DNA from: Octopus bimaculoides | Lineage: Eukaryota | Reading direction: 5' to 3' | Assembly (NCBI RefSeq): GCF_001194135.2 | Contig: NC_068993.1 | Location: 40,324,604-40,370,348, forward strand | Length of the DNA: 45,745 bases | Notes under the pieces: model-generated | What the model saw: only the letters and a program-made list of their open reading frames with translations | What the model was told of the DNA's origin: nothing | Databases searched by the model: none | Program-made: the position numbers and the translations under genes | Part shown: positions 11,395 through 22,916 of the stretch, piece after piece | Position numbering within the stretch: the stretch's first letter is position 1 | How the letters are laid out: every line of letters starts with the position of its first letter

Positions 11395-11792
11395 GGAAGC
11401 GCAATGGCGCCTCCACATGGTACCAGTGGCTAGGGCAGCGAACTCGCTGTCGTAGGATCGCGGTTTCGATTCCCAGACCGGCTTTGTGAGGTGAGTGTAT
11501 ATTGAGTGAAAACACTTAAAGCTCTACGAGGATCCGGTAGGGAGTGTTGGCGAACCCTGATGTTCTCTTTCACCACAACTTTCTCTCGCTCTTTCTCCCT
11601 GTTTCTGTTGTATCTGTATTTCAAAGGGCCAAACTTGGCGCATTCTGTGTCACGCTTAATCTGCTAGAACTACATTAAGGGTATACGTGTCTGTGGAGTG
11701 TTCAGCCACTTGCACGTTAATTTCGCGAGCAGGTTGTTCCGTTGATCGGATCAACTGGAACGCTCGTCGTCGTAACCGAGTGAGCGCTACAA
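11395..11792 (+). mobile_element. tRNA-derived SINE, family A, full length
   Basis: Aligns with 1316-1679; B-box GGTTTCGATTCC; small inverted duplication at the 5' end. Confidence 0.9.
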
Positions 11793-11803
11793 TATATTTG
11801 TGT

Positions 11804-11840
<37 letters not shown>

Positions 11841-13144
11841 TATATATCTATATCTGTATACTTATATCGCTTACCTTCATTTTTTCACATATATTCGCAT
11901 ATATAGATGCCTGCACACACACAGATCAGAAGAGAGAGAAGAGACAGAGAGAAAGAAAGGAAAGAAAGGGTGGACTGTATCTTGCCACGCTATAAGAAAG
12001 TGACTGACAATTAACAAGAAAATAATAACAATAATAAACTGAAAATAAAAATTAAAAAAAACAACACATTAGCGATAACTACTTGAGATAGTCGAAATAT
12101 TTCGATGTGACACAACTGAAGTCGCTTGCTCCAACTTTGCTAGTGATGCTGCCCACAAGTGGATGGCGAATTAGGAATGGTCAGTGCACTTGATTCCATC
12201 GTGTTAGTAACAAATTAATAAACAACTCCTTTTGGAAAATAAAAAAAAAGAACACAAAGTACCAGAACGAGTAAAGCTTTGTGTAGAAAAATTTAAGTTA
12301 ATTGCCAAAACTTCACAAACAAGACCTAAACAAAAACAAAAACTAACAAAAAATATCCAGGGAAAGAAGAAAAAGGTCTCTTAATTTCCGGTCAACAACA
12401 TAATCGTTATCAACAACGGCGCCAAGAACAAGTAAATAAATGACCGTATGAATTAAGAAAAGAAAAAAAAAAAAAAGGAAAGAAAAGAGCAAAGGAAAGG
12501 AAAGAAGCATGCCAGAAATTAATTAACTTTAAGCATTTAAAAAACACCGGATGTTTTGTCTGCTGGTAAAACTTCCGACTAGAAACTAAACAGTTCAGGT
12601 TTCGAATCCCAACCGTTTAGTAATTATAATAATAATATAACCATTATTTTGAAGCGAAATGTTAACAGGTAAAATGAATTTGTCATGAATTATATNNNNN
12701 NNNNNNNNNNNNNNNNNNNNNNNNNNNNNNNNNNNNNNNNNNNNNNNNNNNNNNNNNNNNNNNNNNNNNNNNNNNNNNNNNNNNNNNNNNNNNNNNNNNN
12801 NNNNNNNNNNNNNNNNNNNNNNNNNNNNNNNNNNNNNNNNNNNNNNNNNNNNNNNNNNNNNNNNNNNNNNNNNNNNNNNNNNNNNNNNNNNNNNNNNNNN
12901 NNNNNNNNNNNNNNNNNNNNNNNNNNNNNNNNNNNNNNNNNNNNNNNNNNNNNNNNNNNNNNNNNNNNNNNNNNNNNNNNNNNNNNNNNNNNNNNNNNNN
13001 NNNNNNNNNNNNNNNNNNNNNNNNNNNNNNNNNNNNNNNNNNNNNNNNNNNNNNNNNNNNNNNNNNNNNNNNNNNNNNNNAAACCATTATGTTGTTGTTA
13101 TTATTATTATTATTATTAGTAGTAGTAGTAGTAGTAGCAGTCGT

Positions 13145-13365
13145 GAGACGGTGAGCTGCCAGCAGAACCGTTAGTAAGATGGGGAAAATGCCCAGCGGCA
13201 TTTCGTCCGTCTTCACGTTGTGAGTTCAAACACTAGTGAGGTCGATTTTCCTTTTCATTCTTTCAGAGTCGATGAAATAAATACCAGTTGAACACAGGGG
13301 TCGATTTAATTGTCTTACCCCTCCATCCCTGAAGTTGCTGGCCTTGTACCAAAATGTTAAAGCAT
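13145..13365 (+). mobile_element. Meta-type SINE, full length
   Basis: GACGGTGAGCTG..CAGAACCGTTAG head, GTGAGTTCAAA B-box, GTCGATTTTCCTTTTCATTCTTTCAGAGTCGATGAAATAAATACCAG domain, GCTGGCCTTGTACCAAAAT tail. Confidence 0.9.
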
Positions 13366-13733
13366 TATTATCATTCAAGTTATTCATCATGTACGAAGTG
13401 CACGCATATTCATCATTATTACCTCCGCCTTCGCTAAATCGGAGGAATTGTTATCAGTCGTGTTTGTTAGTTTGTTTATCCGTAGACAAGATACCTCAAT
13501 AACCGCTGGATGGATTCGGATGAAACTTTCAGAGATTTTTGGCCTCATAACTAGCACAAAGTGATTAGATTTTGGGATTGATTCGATTCCGGATAAGGAT
13601 TCTGAATTATTTTTCCTGTTATTTTACTTAATTTTGAGAGCGTTCGGATTAATTTTTAGTAGAGAATATTCGAGTTTATTTCAGATATTCTCATTTTAAA
13701 AATCATCTCTGGCTAATCGTTGAGAGACCGTTG

Positions 13734-14723
13734 CCGTCTCAGAGTAGCAATTTCTTTTTGAGTTTCGTCATTTTTAACTATGGTTGGATTGTTGAAGACT
13801 TTCTCTTTGAGACTGTCGTTGTTAAAATTGTTTTATATCACTGTTGAAAATTATTGTTGAAGCGACTTGCGCGTAATTGTCTTTTGTTCTTTTTCTCCCC
13901 ATTGTGGGTGTGAAAAGTTAGCTTTTCATTATGGAAAGCTATGCAAAAGCAGTGGGAGCAGCTACGCCGTTGGAGCGAAGCAGATGAAAATGAATATAGA
14001 TGAAATAATAAGAAACAAACAGTTTGCGCCAAGAGAGGGAGATGCAATAAACCTGGCCCCTCCAGAGAAAACGGTCAACGATAAGAGCGATAGGACGGTG
14101 GTGTGCCGCACGCAAGCAGTCGCTACCAGTAAAATTGAAATATTATCAGAAGACGATGTGCAGGAATGCTTAGGATCCCCGACGAGAAAAGCAACTTTCG
14201 TAAGCCGAGGAAGGAAATATAGCACGGTGGAGGTGAGGTTTGCCACCGAAGAAGAGGTGGCCTCACATTCCACCACTGTTTTACGCTCTGAAAAGGTGAC
14301 GCTGCTGCCCACGTATAGGGGCAGGCGCAGTGTTCGGATTAGAATTGGTAGAGTGCCACCAGAAATAAAGACTGTTCTGGCTGCCACCGAGGAAAGTCCC
14401 GAATTGGGACCAGTGGGAAGAACGACCATGCTGAACTGGTGGGGATGCGGTGTCGAGATGGGGCTTTTTGCCACTTTCGAAGACATTAAGAAAATCCCCT
14501 ACCAAATAGAGATTGCGGAATAAAGTTCCCTCAAAGAAGTGGGGCTGAAGAAAGATAGAACGAAAGCGGAAAATGAGGGGAGTGAGGGTTTTGTTTGCCT
14601 CAAAAGGAGGAAAAAGTTGAAAGCAAGAGAACACTCGGAAGGACCAGCAGCAGAACCAGAGAGGACGCCCATAAAAGGTAGGGAACCACTTATATTCAAG
14701 CATACGCAGACAGTAGATACGGA

Positions 14724-14770
<47 letters not shown>

Positions 14771-15314
14771 GGAAAAGAAGGTACAGCACGGGTTTAATAA
14801 TAAAACATTCATAATACACTACCAAAAGGATGTAGATGTGGAAAGGAGTAATAAGGGTGAAACTTCCTATGGTGGATTTCAAGGAAGAAGAAAAATGTGT
14901 ACTATTGAATATCGATAGATACGACACGTTCATGAATTCATATAGAATCTATATAATTTATTCGGGCGGGCCGGTATAGTTTGATGCCCTACCATCCGTA
15001 ATTGAACATAAAGAGTTTAAATAGTTTTTTTTCTTTTAATCTGAACAATATAAAAAAATGATGGAGATGTGAACTTTTTGAATTATGAAAAAATGGAAAA
15101 AGAGGTAAAACTGTCTCAATGTAACCGCTCGACTTTGGGGGTCGAATGGGCATTGCGCTTCATTTTATCATTTTCATATTTTCATTCGTTCTTTTTATTT
15201 TATTTTCCTTACTCGATTTCTTTATGTATGTTTATTTCCCAGATTATATGTTTTGTATTGTTTTTGTAATGTATAACCTCTATTTTTAGTCCCTTGTGGG
15301 TAATAAAAAATTAA
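13734..15314 (+). mobile_element. Non-LTR retrotransposon derivative (L1/Tx1 type) with ORF1 only
   Basis: Candidate 8-bp TSD GACCGTTG (13726-13733) / GAACGTTG (15315-15322); 5' UTR; ORF1; T-rich 3' UTR; AATAAA at 15302 and short A tail; no endonuclease or RT sequence seen. Confidence 0.7.
13984..14973 (+). pseudogene. LINE ORF1 (RRM-like nucleic-acid-binding protein), disrupted
   Basis: MKMNIDEII...RGRKYSTVEVRFATEEE...LLPTYRGRRSVRIRIGRVPPEI resembles the RRM regions of L1/Tx1 ORF1; the frame continues past TAA 14521 into ORF 14539-14814; (AG)n expansion and frameshift; apparent tail ...YIIYSGGPV*. Confidence 0.65.
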
Positions 15315-15569
15315 GAACGTTGGTGTTGCATTGGTGGGGGTTTGCGGTCTCTGAGTGCTCTTGTTTTATTTATTTTATTCAACTTTAGAAAAATTGTTGC
15401 ATGTTCTTGACAATTCCGGAGTGTATTGAACTTATTTTGTGGATGACTTTTGGCCTACCCTGTATGTAATACAACATGTCTTGCAGCAATACAGATTGAT
15501 ACCATTATTGTCGCAAGGGCTGCTGTCCAAACGCAAAGGTAATGCCAACCCCTAAATCCCTAAACTTTT

Positions 15570-15705
15570 TTATAGACCTTGAAAAGATGGCAGGTAATGT
15601 TGGCCTCAGTAGGATTTGAATTCACAGAAAAAAAAAGGAGTTCGAATAAGTACTATGAAGCGTTCTATGCAATACGCTAAAAACACTGCCAATTCGCATT
15701 CCGAC
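15570..15705 (-). mobile_element. Highly decayed Meta-type SINE
   Basis: GTTGGCCTCAGTAGGATTTGAATTCACAGAA...ACTGCCAATTCGC. Confidence 0.5.
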
Positions 15706-17519
15706 CATAAAGTATCCAAAATGAACTGGGTATCTTCAGCGTCTACGATTGATTCCATACGGTGTGAAATATTGCTTCTTAATATTAATAAATCAGTGAT
15801 AAAATAAGACTGTTTAACAGTAAAAATTACAAAAAAAAAAAGTCAAATAACTTTCTGTTGTTTGAAAGATATTTTAATTAGTGATATCTGTAGCTAATTA
15901 TTCTATTAATAAAGATTATGTTTTTTGTCCATATTTAAGTAAATTTTGCTTTATGTTATGAATTCAAATAAACAAATCGACTTAAAGCTGTCTACTATCA
16001 AATTTATTTGTTTTCCATCATATTCATAAAAAAAAAACATTAGAAAGGAAAATTTGTTGCTTCCTAGATATGAATAAGTATTCATACAATACGAAATAGC
16101 TGTGTTTTTGTAGTAAAGTTTAGAGGAAAGAGGAAACTTCCAAAATACATTTACCAAACATCTGACATTATTATCTTCTTCAACAAGGTCGTTCTACTGA
16201 AGCAACACATAAAGCCTTAAGTTCTGACAATGACTTCAAGATTTTAAAAGATTTTAGATTTGAATATAAATAAGAACATTATCAAAAGAGAAAAAGGGAA
16301 AGAAAATCATAGAAAAACAGCAAATCCTTACACAAGAAGAATTATTTTTCACCATTTCTTGTTTGGCGTTCTCTATCAGCTTAAGAATCCTCTGACAACC
16401 ATCTTTCAGTTATTGAAGATTACCTGTTACTGTGACCTCTTTCTTGGTTTATATTGATAAACTAAAGCTATTAAGTTGTGTTTTTCAATAGTTTTTCTTA
16501 AATACAGATTTAGAAATTCGATAATTTCATTGAAAACATTATATTTTGTTATGGTGGTGGTTGTTGCTGTGTTGGTGCTAGTGGTGATAGCGGCGATGTG
16601 GGTTGTTGTTTTTGATTTTCTTTTTGTGCATTTTCAGTCTTTTCCATTTTACGCTTTATTAGATTAAAATCGGGACTGATATATGTTGGTTAAATAGACA
16701 AAGAATCAGAAAACATTTATGAAAGAAAGTAAGAGGGAAAAAAAATCAAACATATCAAATAAATTTGATGCGAGAAGGAAGGAATGAAAAGTAAGGATTT
16801 AATTTTTTTTTTTTCTTTTCTTAGAGAGGTATACAATAGATTTCTTGTATAAAGCAGAGATTTATCGGATATTAAGCATAGCTAATCGGATGACTATTGG
16901 ATTTTAGGCTTGTGCGGCTAATGCTATTGATATTGTAGCAATATTATGGGGAAAAAATAAGAATGAAATAAATCTCGAAGACCGAAAATCGGTGGCTCAA
17001 ACGATGCGTATTACACAAAAATGGCACTTATTGACAGCCAATGTAATCGTGCGTGGTGATTTGCCATTCTGTATTATGTTTAAGTCAAGCAAAACCGCCT
17101 GCTGGATTAGCAGGAGAATGGCTGGAGTATTTTTTATAAAATATTATGGCGACATATAAAATATATTTCTTTCTTTCATAGAATTCTAATACAGAACATA
17201 ACCTTGTAGGAGATTCTAACCCTATGAACAGGCCACCAAAGTCTGGTGGAATATTTTTAGGATATATTCAATCATTATCATCGATGCTGGAAGTAAATAT
17301 GCTAGGAAAGTAGATTCTTAATCTCTAAATGTCCTTAGCAATACAATTTTCGAATCCCGCCCCCCTTTTTTTGTAGCACACAAACACCTGAATTCTTCAG
17401 TAACTAGGCATCGATTAATTCTACACAGCTTCCTAAATCACAAGCGTTCTTCTGCATTTCTGCGTTCCGATTATTTAGCAAATTACTTCGTAACAAATTT
17501 CTATCTTCTGACATATTTT

Positions 17520-17800
17520 CCTGAATTCATTCTAAATGTTTGGTTGCATTGTCTTGCACTTTGGTTCATTTCGAATATAATACCTTCATTATATCATACA
17601 GAGTAATTTCCATTTTTCAGTATGTTTTAAACGTTTTATCATTTCAGTCTGCCCTTCGGCTCACTTTCAAAATAGCACCTTATTAATCTCAACAACGATA
17701 ACTTGCATCGTATAGTTTATTCTAAACGTTTTGTCATTTTACCTTGCACTTTGGTCTAGTTGTGAATATAGTGTCTACTTTAACTCCTGGATTATGATGA
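17520..17800. repeat. Degenerate 95-bp tandem repeat, about 3 units
   Basis: TAAA(T/C)GTTT at 17533, 17628 and 17723 (spacing 95, 95), each followed by a related CTTGCACTTTGG/CTGCCCTTCGG motif. Confidence 0.7.
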
Positions 17801-17810
17801 ACGTCATCTT

Positions 17811-18031
17811 ATAATCCTTTCTGCTATAGGCACGAATCCTCAAATTTGTGGGGAGGGGACTAGTCGATTACATCGAACCCAGTGTTTCACTGGTTCTTAA
17901 TTTATCAAACCCGAAAGGAGGAAAGGCAAAGTCGACCTCGCCAGAATTTGAACTCAGAATGTAGCCACGGACGAAATACCGCTAAACATTTTCGTCCGGC
18001 GTGCTAACGAGTCTGCCAGCTCGCCGCCTTA
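17811..18031 (-). mobile_element. Meta-type SINE, full length
   Basis: Complete reverse complement of the family sequence. Confidence 0.9.
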
Positions 18032-18592
18032 ACCTCATTTTATAATAATAATGTTCTACTCTAAATATTTTGCTTTTACATTCTGGGGAATACAGAACTT
18101 TGAGATTCTCATCAAAGTTGTTGATTGCTCTAAACATTTAAAAATTCAATAGAAGAATATACTCCTAGATTTGTTTTAAAATACGTTCCGATTTATAATC
18201 CTTAGAAGTAATGAACTGTGATCTTCATCTCAAGATCGTGTTATATGCAAACAGACGTAAACACACATGCACTCACATATACAATATACGTCTGTGTGAA
18301 TATGTCCGTGTGTGTATATGTATACATAGGATACATACATACATAAATATACAGATAAATAAATAAATGGTATTAAACGCAAGTGTTATTAAAATTTGAA
18401 TAACATCTGCGTTTAACTCGATTTATTTATTTATTTAGCTATATTATACAAAACCATTTCACCTAAACCTTGATTTTCTACCTTTATAAAGTAGACTGTT
18501 ACATCCGTGGTACTTGTGTGAATTTTTTCTACCCTGGTAACTACTTAATTTTTTCCGTGTTATTTGTAAACACTGAAAAAAAAACACACATT

Positions 18593-18636
<44 letters not shown>

Positions 18637-18709
18637 CGTGCGTGCGTGCGTGTGTGTGTATATGTATCTATGTGTGCCTGTATGCAAGTATTTTTATGCA
18701 TCATGTCAA

Positions 18710-19022
18710 GGGTAAAAATGACCCTTTCGATGACCATCAGATTGCACTTAGAATGAACATCATGGATGACCATCAGATTGTACTTAGAAAGTTCCTCTCC
18801 AAGGCACAAGTCAGGGCAAAGTTGTTTATGGAAGATGTTATCCAAGAGAAAGGCAAAGGTCGATACAGCTTGGAACCAGTGACGTCGTAACTCATTTCTG
18901 CAGCTGAGTGAACTGGAGCAACGTAGAATAAAGAATCTTGCTTAAGAACACAACACAGTCCGGGAATCGAACTCAGTATCTCATGATTGGGAGTTCGACG
19001 CTCTAACCACTGAGTCATATAC
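18710..19022 (-). mobile_element. CORE-type SINE with tail type 1
   Basis: Core ACTCATTTCTGCAGCTGAGTGAACTGGAGCAACG; tail shared with 20272-20574; internal 25-bp repeat GATGACCATCAGATTG(C/T)ACTTAGAA at 18729 and 18765. Confidence 0.9.
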
Positions 19023-19101
19023 AATACTAGATACTATCTATTAGATAGTTAAATACAGTGCTTCAGCATCACTTGTTCTATATATATATATATATATATA
19101 T

Positions 19102-19130
<29 letters not shown>

Positions 19131-19136
<6 letters not shown>

Positions 19137-19488
19137 TCAATAATAACAATAAATGGAGCAAAATGTATATAAATAAAAGTTCCTTTAATTCCTACACATG
19201 TTTCAAAATATATGTGTACCCTACTCCAAAGAAGTAAGAGCTGCTGGAATTCCACATATATTCATCGTCAGGGAACCAACATATAGAAGCAAGAGAAATG
19301 GGAAATGATGAGGTAACTTACCCTGACGATGAATATATGTTGGTTCCCTGACGATGAATATATGTGGAATTCCAGCAGCTCTTACTTCTTTGGAGTAGAG
19401 TAAACATATATTTTGAAACATGTGTAGGAATTAAAGGAACTTTTATTTATATGCGTTTTGCTCCATTTATTGTTATTATTCATATCTA
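19131..19488. repeat. Foldback: 155-bp arms, 48-bp spacer
   Basis: 19131-19285 against the reverse complement of 19334-19488 gives 5 mismatches in 155 (hand count). Confidence 0.95.
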
Positions 19489-19650
19489 CTCAAAATGCAT
19501 CACTTCAACTTGGTATCTCTATCTATAAAACGGGTCTGATATCCTGTTTTTTTTTTGTGTAATTTTTGCTACCCATGGTAACTATTAACATATTTACATT
19601 GTCAAAGTTTTTTTTAATCTGAGATAATATTAATATATACATAAACTTAT

Positions 19651-19703
<53 letters not shown>

Positions 19704-19810
19704 CATACCTGTACATATATATGACAATGTGTTTGCATGTGTGCAGGTAAGTGTGTGCATATGTGTGTATGTACGTGTAGGTGTAGGTATGAATTTATAC
19801 ATACATCTAA

Positions 19811-19855
<45 letters not shown>

Positions 19856-20141
19856 CATTTTTAAGTAAGGTATGTGTGGGCATGTGTGTGTGTGTGTATG
19901 GGAGAAATGTTTAAGTAGTATGGTTCACAATCACAAGGTCCCACATTCCATCACACCAGCATATCGGGCATGTTGTGCAAGTGTCTGATTTTTTGTTATC
20001 TTGAATCAAAACAATCGTTATCAGTCAAATTGCCTGAAAGAAAACCGCTTAGTAGTTTATCAGATATACTGTGCCTATAATTCTAGATCTCAGTCTTCTC
20101 ACTTGCTCTATCATAATTTTTCTAGTTGAGAAGAACGTTAA

Positions 20142-20691
20142 CCCTTTAGGCATTCAAACCGACCATATCAGGCCCAAATATTCTACCTGTTTTGTTTTCA
20201 AAATGAGCAGATCAGGCCTCTCTCACACTTACCCTGCGATGTTTTTTCTAATAATATACAAAAACAGATCACTCCTTCAGCCATGAATGACCATGGGATT
20301 GCACCTAGAATGTTACCCTCCGCGGCACAAGTCCGAACAAGGTTATCTCTAGAAGACCAGCAGTCATCCATGCATACCAGCCTCCCCTCTCCACGCCACC
20401 GATACAGCTTGGCACCAGTGATGTCGCGACTCATTTCTACAGCTGAGTGAACTGGAACAACGTGAAATAAAGTGTCTTGCTCAAGAACATAACACACGGC
20501 CTGGTCCAGGAATCGAACTCACTCTCTCATGATTCTGAGCTCGACATGCTAACCACTGAGTCATGCGCCTACACTATTAACGATAATAATATAGAAACAC
20601 CCCATTCAAATCCGAAAGCTACAAGATAATGTATGCATAATTCGAAACTATGTGAATAATTAGGCATTACATTTGACAGAATACCTAAAGG
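20142..20691. mobile_element. piggyBac-like MITE interrupted by a SINE
   Basis: TTAA (20138-20141) then CCCTTTAG ... CTAAAGG then TTAA (20692-20695). Confidence 0.8.
20272..20574 (-). mobile_element. CORE-type SINE with tail type 1, nested in the piggyBac-like MITE
   Basis: Full head, core and tail; MITE sequence resumes at about 20600. Confidence 0.9.
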
Positions 20692-21054
20692 TTAAAGGCC
20701 TACATACCTGTGAAATATTCAGCTACATGTTAATCCAAGGACATGCAATGCAATTGATCGTACAAATGAATACTCGTCGTCGAAACTGACGGAGACCCAT
20801 TTAATTACTTTGCAGCTGTGTGGTAAGAAGTTTGCTTCCCAACCACATGGTGCAGGGTTCGCAATTTCTTTGCGTGGCACTTTGAGCCGATTAAACCCTT
20901 GTGAGTGGATTTGGTAGACGAAAACAGGAAAGACCGTCGAGTACACACACACATACATACACACACACACACACATACACACACACATACATATCACGAT
21001 AATAACTAGACTATTGGATGTTGTTACACAACGCTTGTCACAAATTATTTTAAC

Positions 21055-21262
21055 TTTCCAATGGTGCCACCCCGTTGGCTTGGCGTGCAGGTCTACATTC
21101 TTCCCGATAGGAAGGCTATTCCGTCGTAGGGTTACGATTTACAGCTGAGTGGACTGAAGCAAATTGAAAGGAAATGTTTTGCTCAAGAACACGCCGCCCG
21201 GTCCAGGAACAGAACATACGATCGTGAGGACAACACTTCAACCCCTAGTTCCACGCGCCTTC
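21055..21262 (-). mobile_element. CORE-type SINE with another tail type, nested in family D SINE
   Basis: TTTACAGCTGAGTGGACTGAAGCAAATTGAAAGGAAATGTTTTGCTCAAGAACAC core; CCACGCGCCTTC head end. Confidence 0.8.
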
Positions 21263-21556
21263 ATTCTCACACATACACATGCGCACGCACACACACATAC
21301 ACACATATGCGTGTGTACGTATATGTATCTATATATCTAGGTTTCTATGAGTGCGTGTCTTAACATGTGTTTGCCCACCACCACCACCACCACCACCACC
21401 ACCACGACTTGACAACCGGAGTTGGTTTGTTTGCGTCCTCGTAACTTATTGGTTCGGCCAAAGAAACCGATAGAATAAGTCCCAGGCTAAAAAAAAACAA
21501 AGTCTGTTCGACTAAAATCTTTCAAGACAGTGCCGTTTCATGGCCATATTCCAATC

Positions 21557-21889
21557 CTTTGTACTGGATGAACATGGCCTCAAATTTGTGCGGTGGGGAC
21601 TAGTCGATTATATCGACCCCAGTGTTTCGCTGGTTCTTAATTTATCGAACCCGAAAGGATAAAAAGAAAAGTCGACCTCGGCAGAATTTGAACTCAGAAT
21701 GTAGCCACGGACGAAATACCGCTAAACATTTTCGTCCAGCGTGCTAACGAGTCTGCCAGCTCGCCGCCTTAATTTCATTTTATAATAAAAATGTTCTACT
21801 CTAAATATATTTGTTNNNNNNNNNNGACGGGCGAAATACCGCTAAGCATTTCCTTCAGCGCGCTACCGATTCTGCCAGCTCATCGCCTC
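21557..21889 (-). mobile_element. Meta-type SINE dimer flanked by a 15-bp TSD
   Basis: GGCCATATTCCAATC at 21542-21556 and 21890-21904; second head at 21826-21889 beyond an N-gap. Confidence 0.8.
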
Positions 21890-22149
21890 GGCCATATTCC
21901 AATCACTGAAGCTAGTAAAAGATTACACACACACACACATATGTACATGCACGCATATATATGTGTATATATATATAAATACACACACGCATATATATCC
22001 ATACACACATACACGTATGCGTGTGTGGGTGTGTGTGTGTTAGACCTTGCTTTTCATACTGCTTCCGAATTTGACCATATAAGCAGCAGTTAAATATTGT
22101 AATAGATTCAAAATCATAGAATTATTATTCAAGCGGTATATCGTCAGAT

Positions 22150-22372
22150 ATCGATAGTGCGCTAAATAAAAACACCTTGCCGTATTTAGTTTCAACCCAT
22201 TACATACCAAGTTCAAATCCAACCAATGTAGACTTTTATTTTTCTTTCGTCTTTCCAGAGTTGTTATTAAAATCCGTGTCAGTTAAATGCTAGAATCGAT
22301 ATAATCAACTATAGCTCTCATCCTACAAATGTGTGGTCTCGTTTCATGTTAGAAATCAATATTTTCAAACAC
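22150..22372 (+). mobile_element. Highly decayed Meta-type SINE
   Basis: CCAAGTTCAAATCCAACCAATGTAGACTTT...GAATCGATATAATCAACTA...GTTAGAAATCAATA. Confidence 0.55.
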
Positions 22373-22916
22373 ACTTTAATAGTTATTTATTTATCTACTT
22401 TCATCGAATATTGATTTCCTTATAAATATTTCTAGATTCCAGCATCAAAAGTGTACAATTCTATGACTGATTCTTTACATTAAAGAATTCTCAGACACTT
22501 ACGCTAACTAAACATCAGATGTTACGTAATCTGACTGACTTTACGTAATAAATTAAAATCTTGCTAAAAATCAAGCACATCTTCCAGTTTTGTATTTTGT
22601 TGGTTTTTTGTGTGTGTTTTTGTTTGTTTGTTTTTGTGTTTTGTTCTCTCTTTTTTTTTCTACCTTTTCTTCTAAAAGACATCAAACATCGTTGTTTCTG
22701 ATTATTAAACGAGAAAGCATTTAATAACACTTCTAGAAATAAGAACTTAATCTCTCTAAAAGCATAATCTACTGTCCGAAAATGAAGGACATATTGTTCA
22801 GAGGCTTAGCAAGAGGGCACTAATGGATAGGAGCGGGGAATAGTCCAACTCGGACCCGAATGTGAAGGATCCAAAATTTTCTGACTTATCATACAAGTTA
22901 ATTAACGTGGGCTGTA

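Larger units (their letters stand above)
13421..15365 (+). mobile_element. HINE/DINE-1-like (Helentron-associated) non-autonomous element, split by a LINE insertion; own sequence 13421-13733 and 15323-15365
   Basis: 5' ACCTCCGCC in a T-rich site; palindrome CCTCCG..CGGAGG; (GTTT)-like microsatellite; decayed 3' subterminal inverted repeat GGTGGGGT followed by a GCGGTCTCTGAGTGC stem-loop remnant. Confidence 0.65.
20812..21925 (+). mobile_element. Family D SINE split by two later insertions
   Basis: Head 20812-20945, tail about 21350-21556 and 21890-21925. Confidence 0.75.

Noticed and set aside
13962-14933. Minus-strand ORFs 13962-14486, 14281-14703 and 14499-14933
   Set aside because: Antisense shadows of the LINE ORF1.
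22760-22843. Short frame ...QRLSKRALMDRSGE* resembling a neuropeptide precursor end
   Set aside because: Bounded by stops, with no acceptor or start; chance level.
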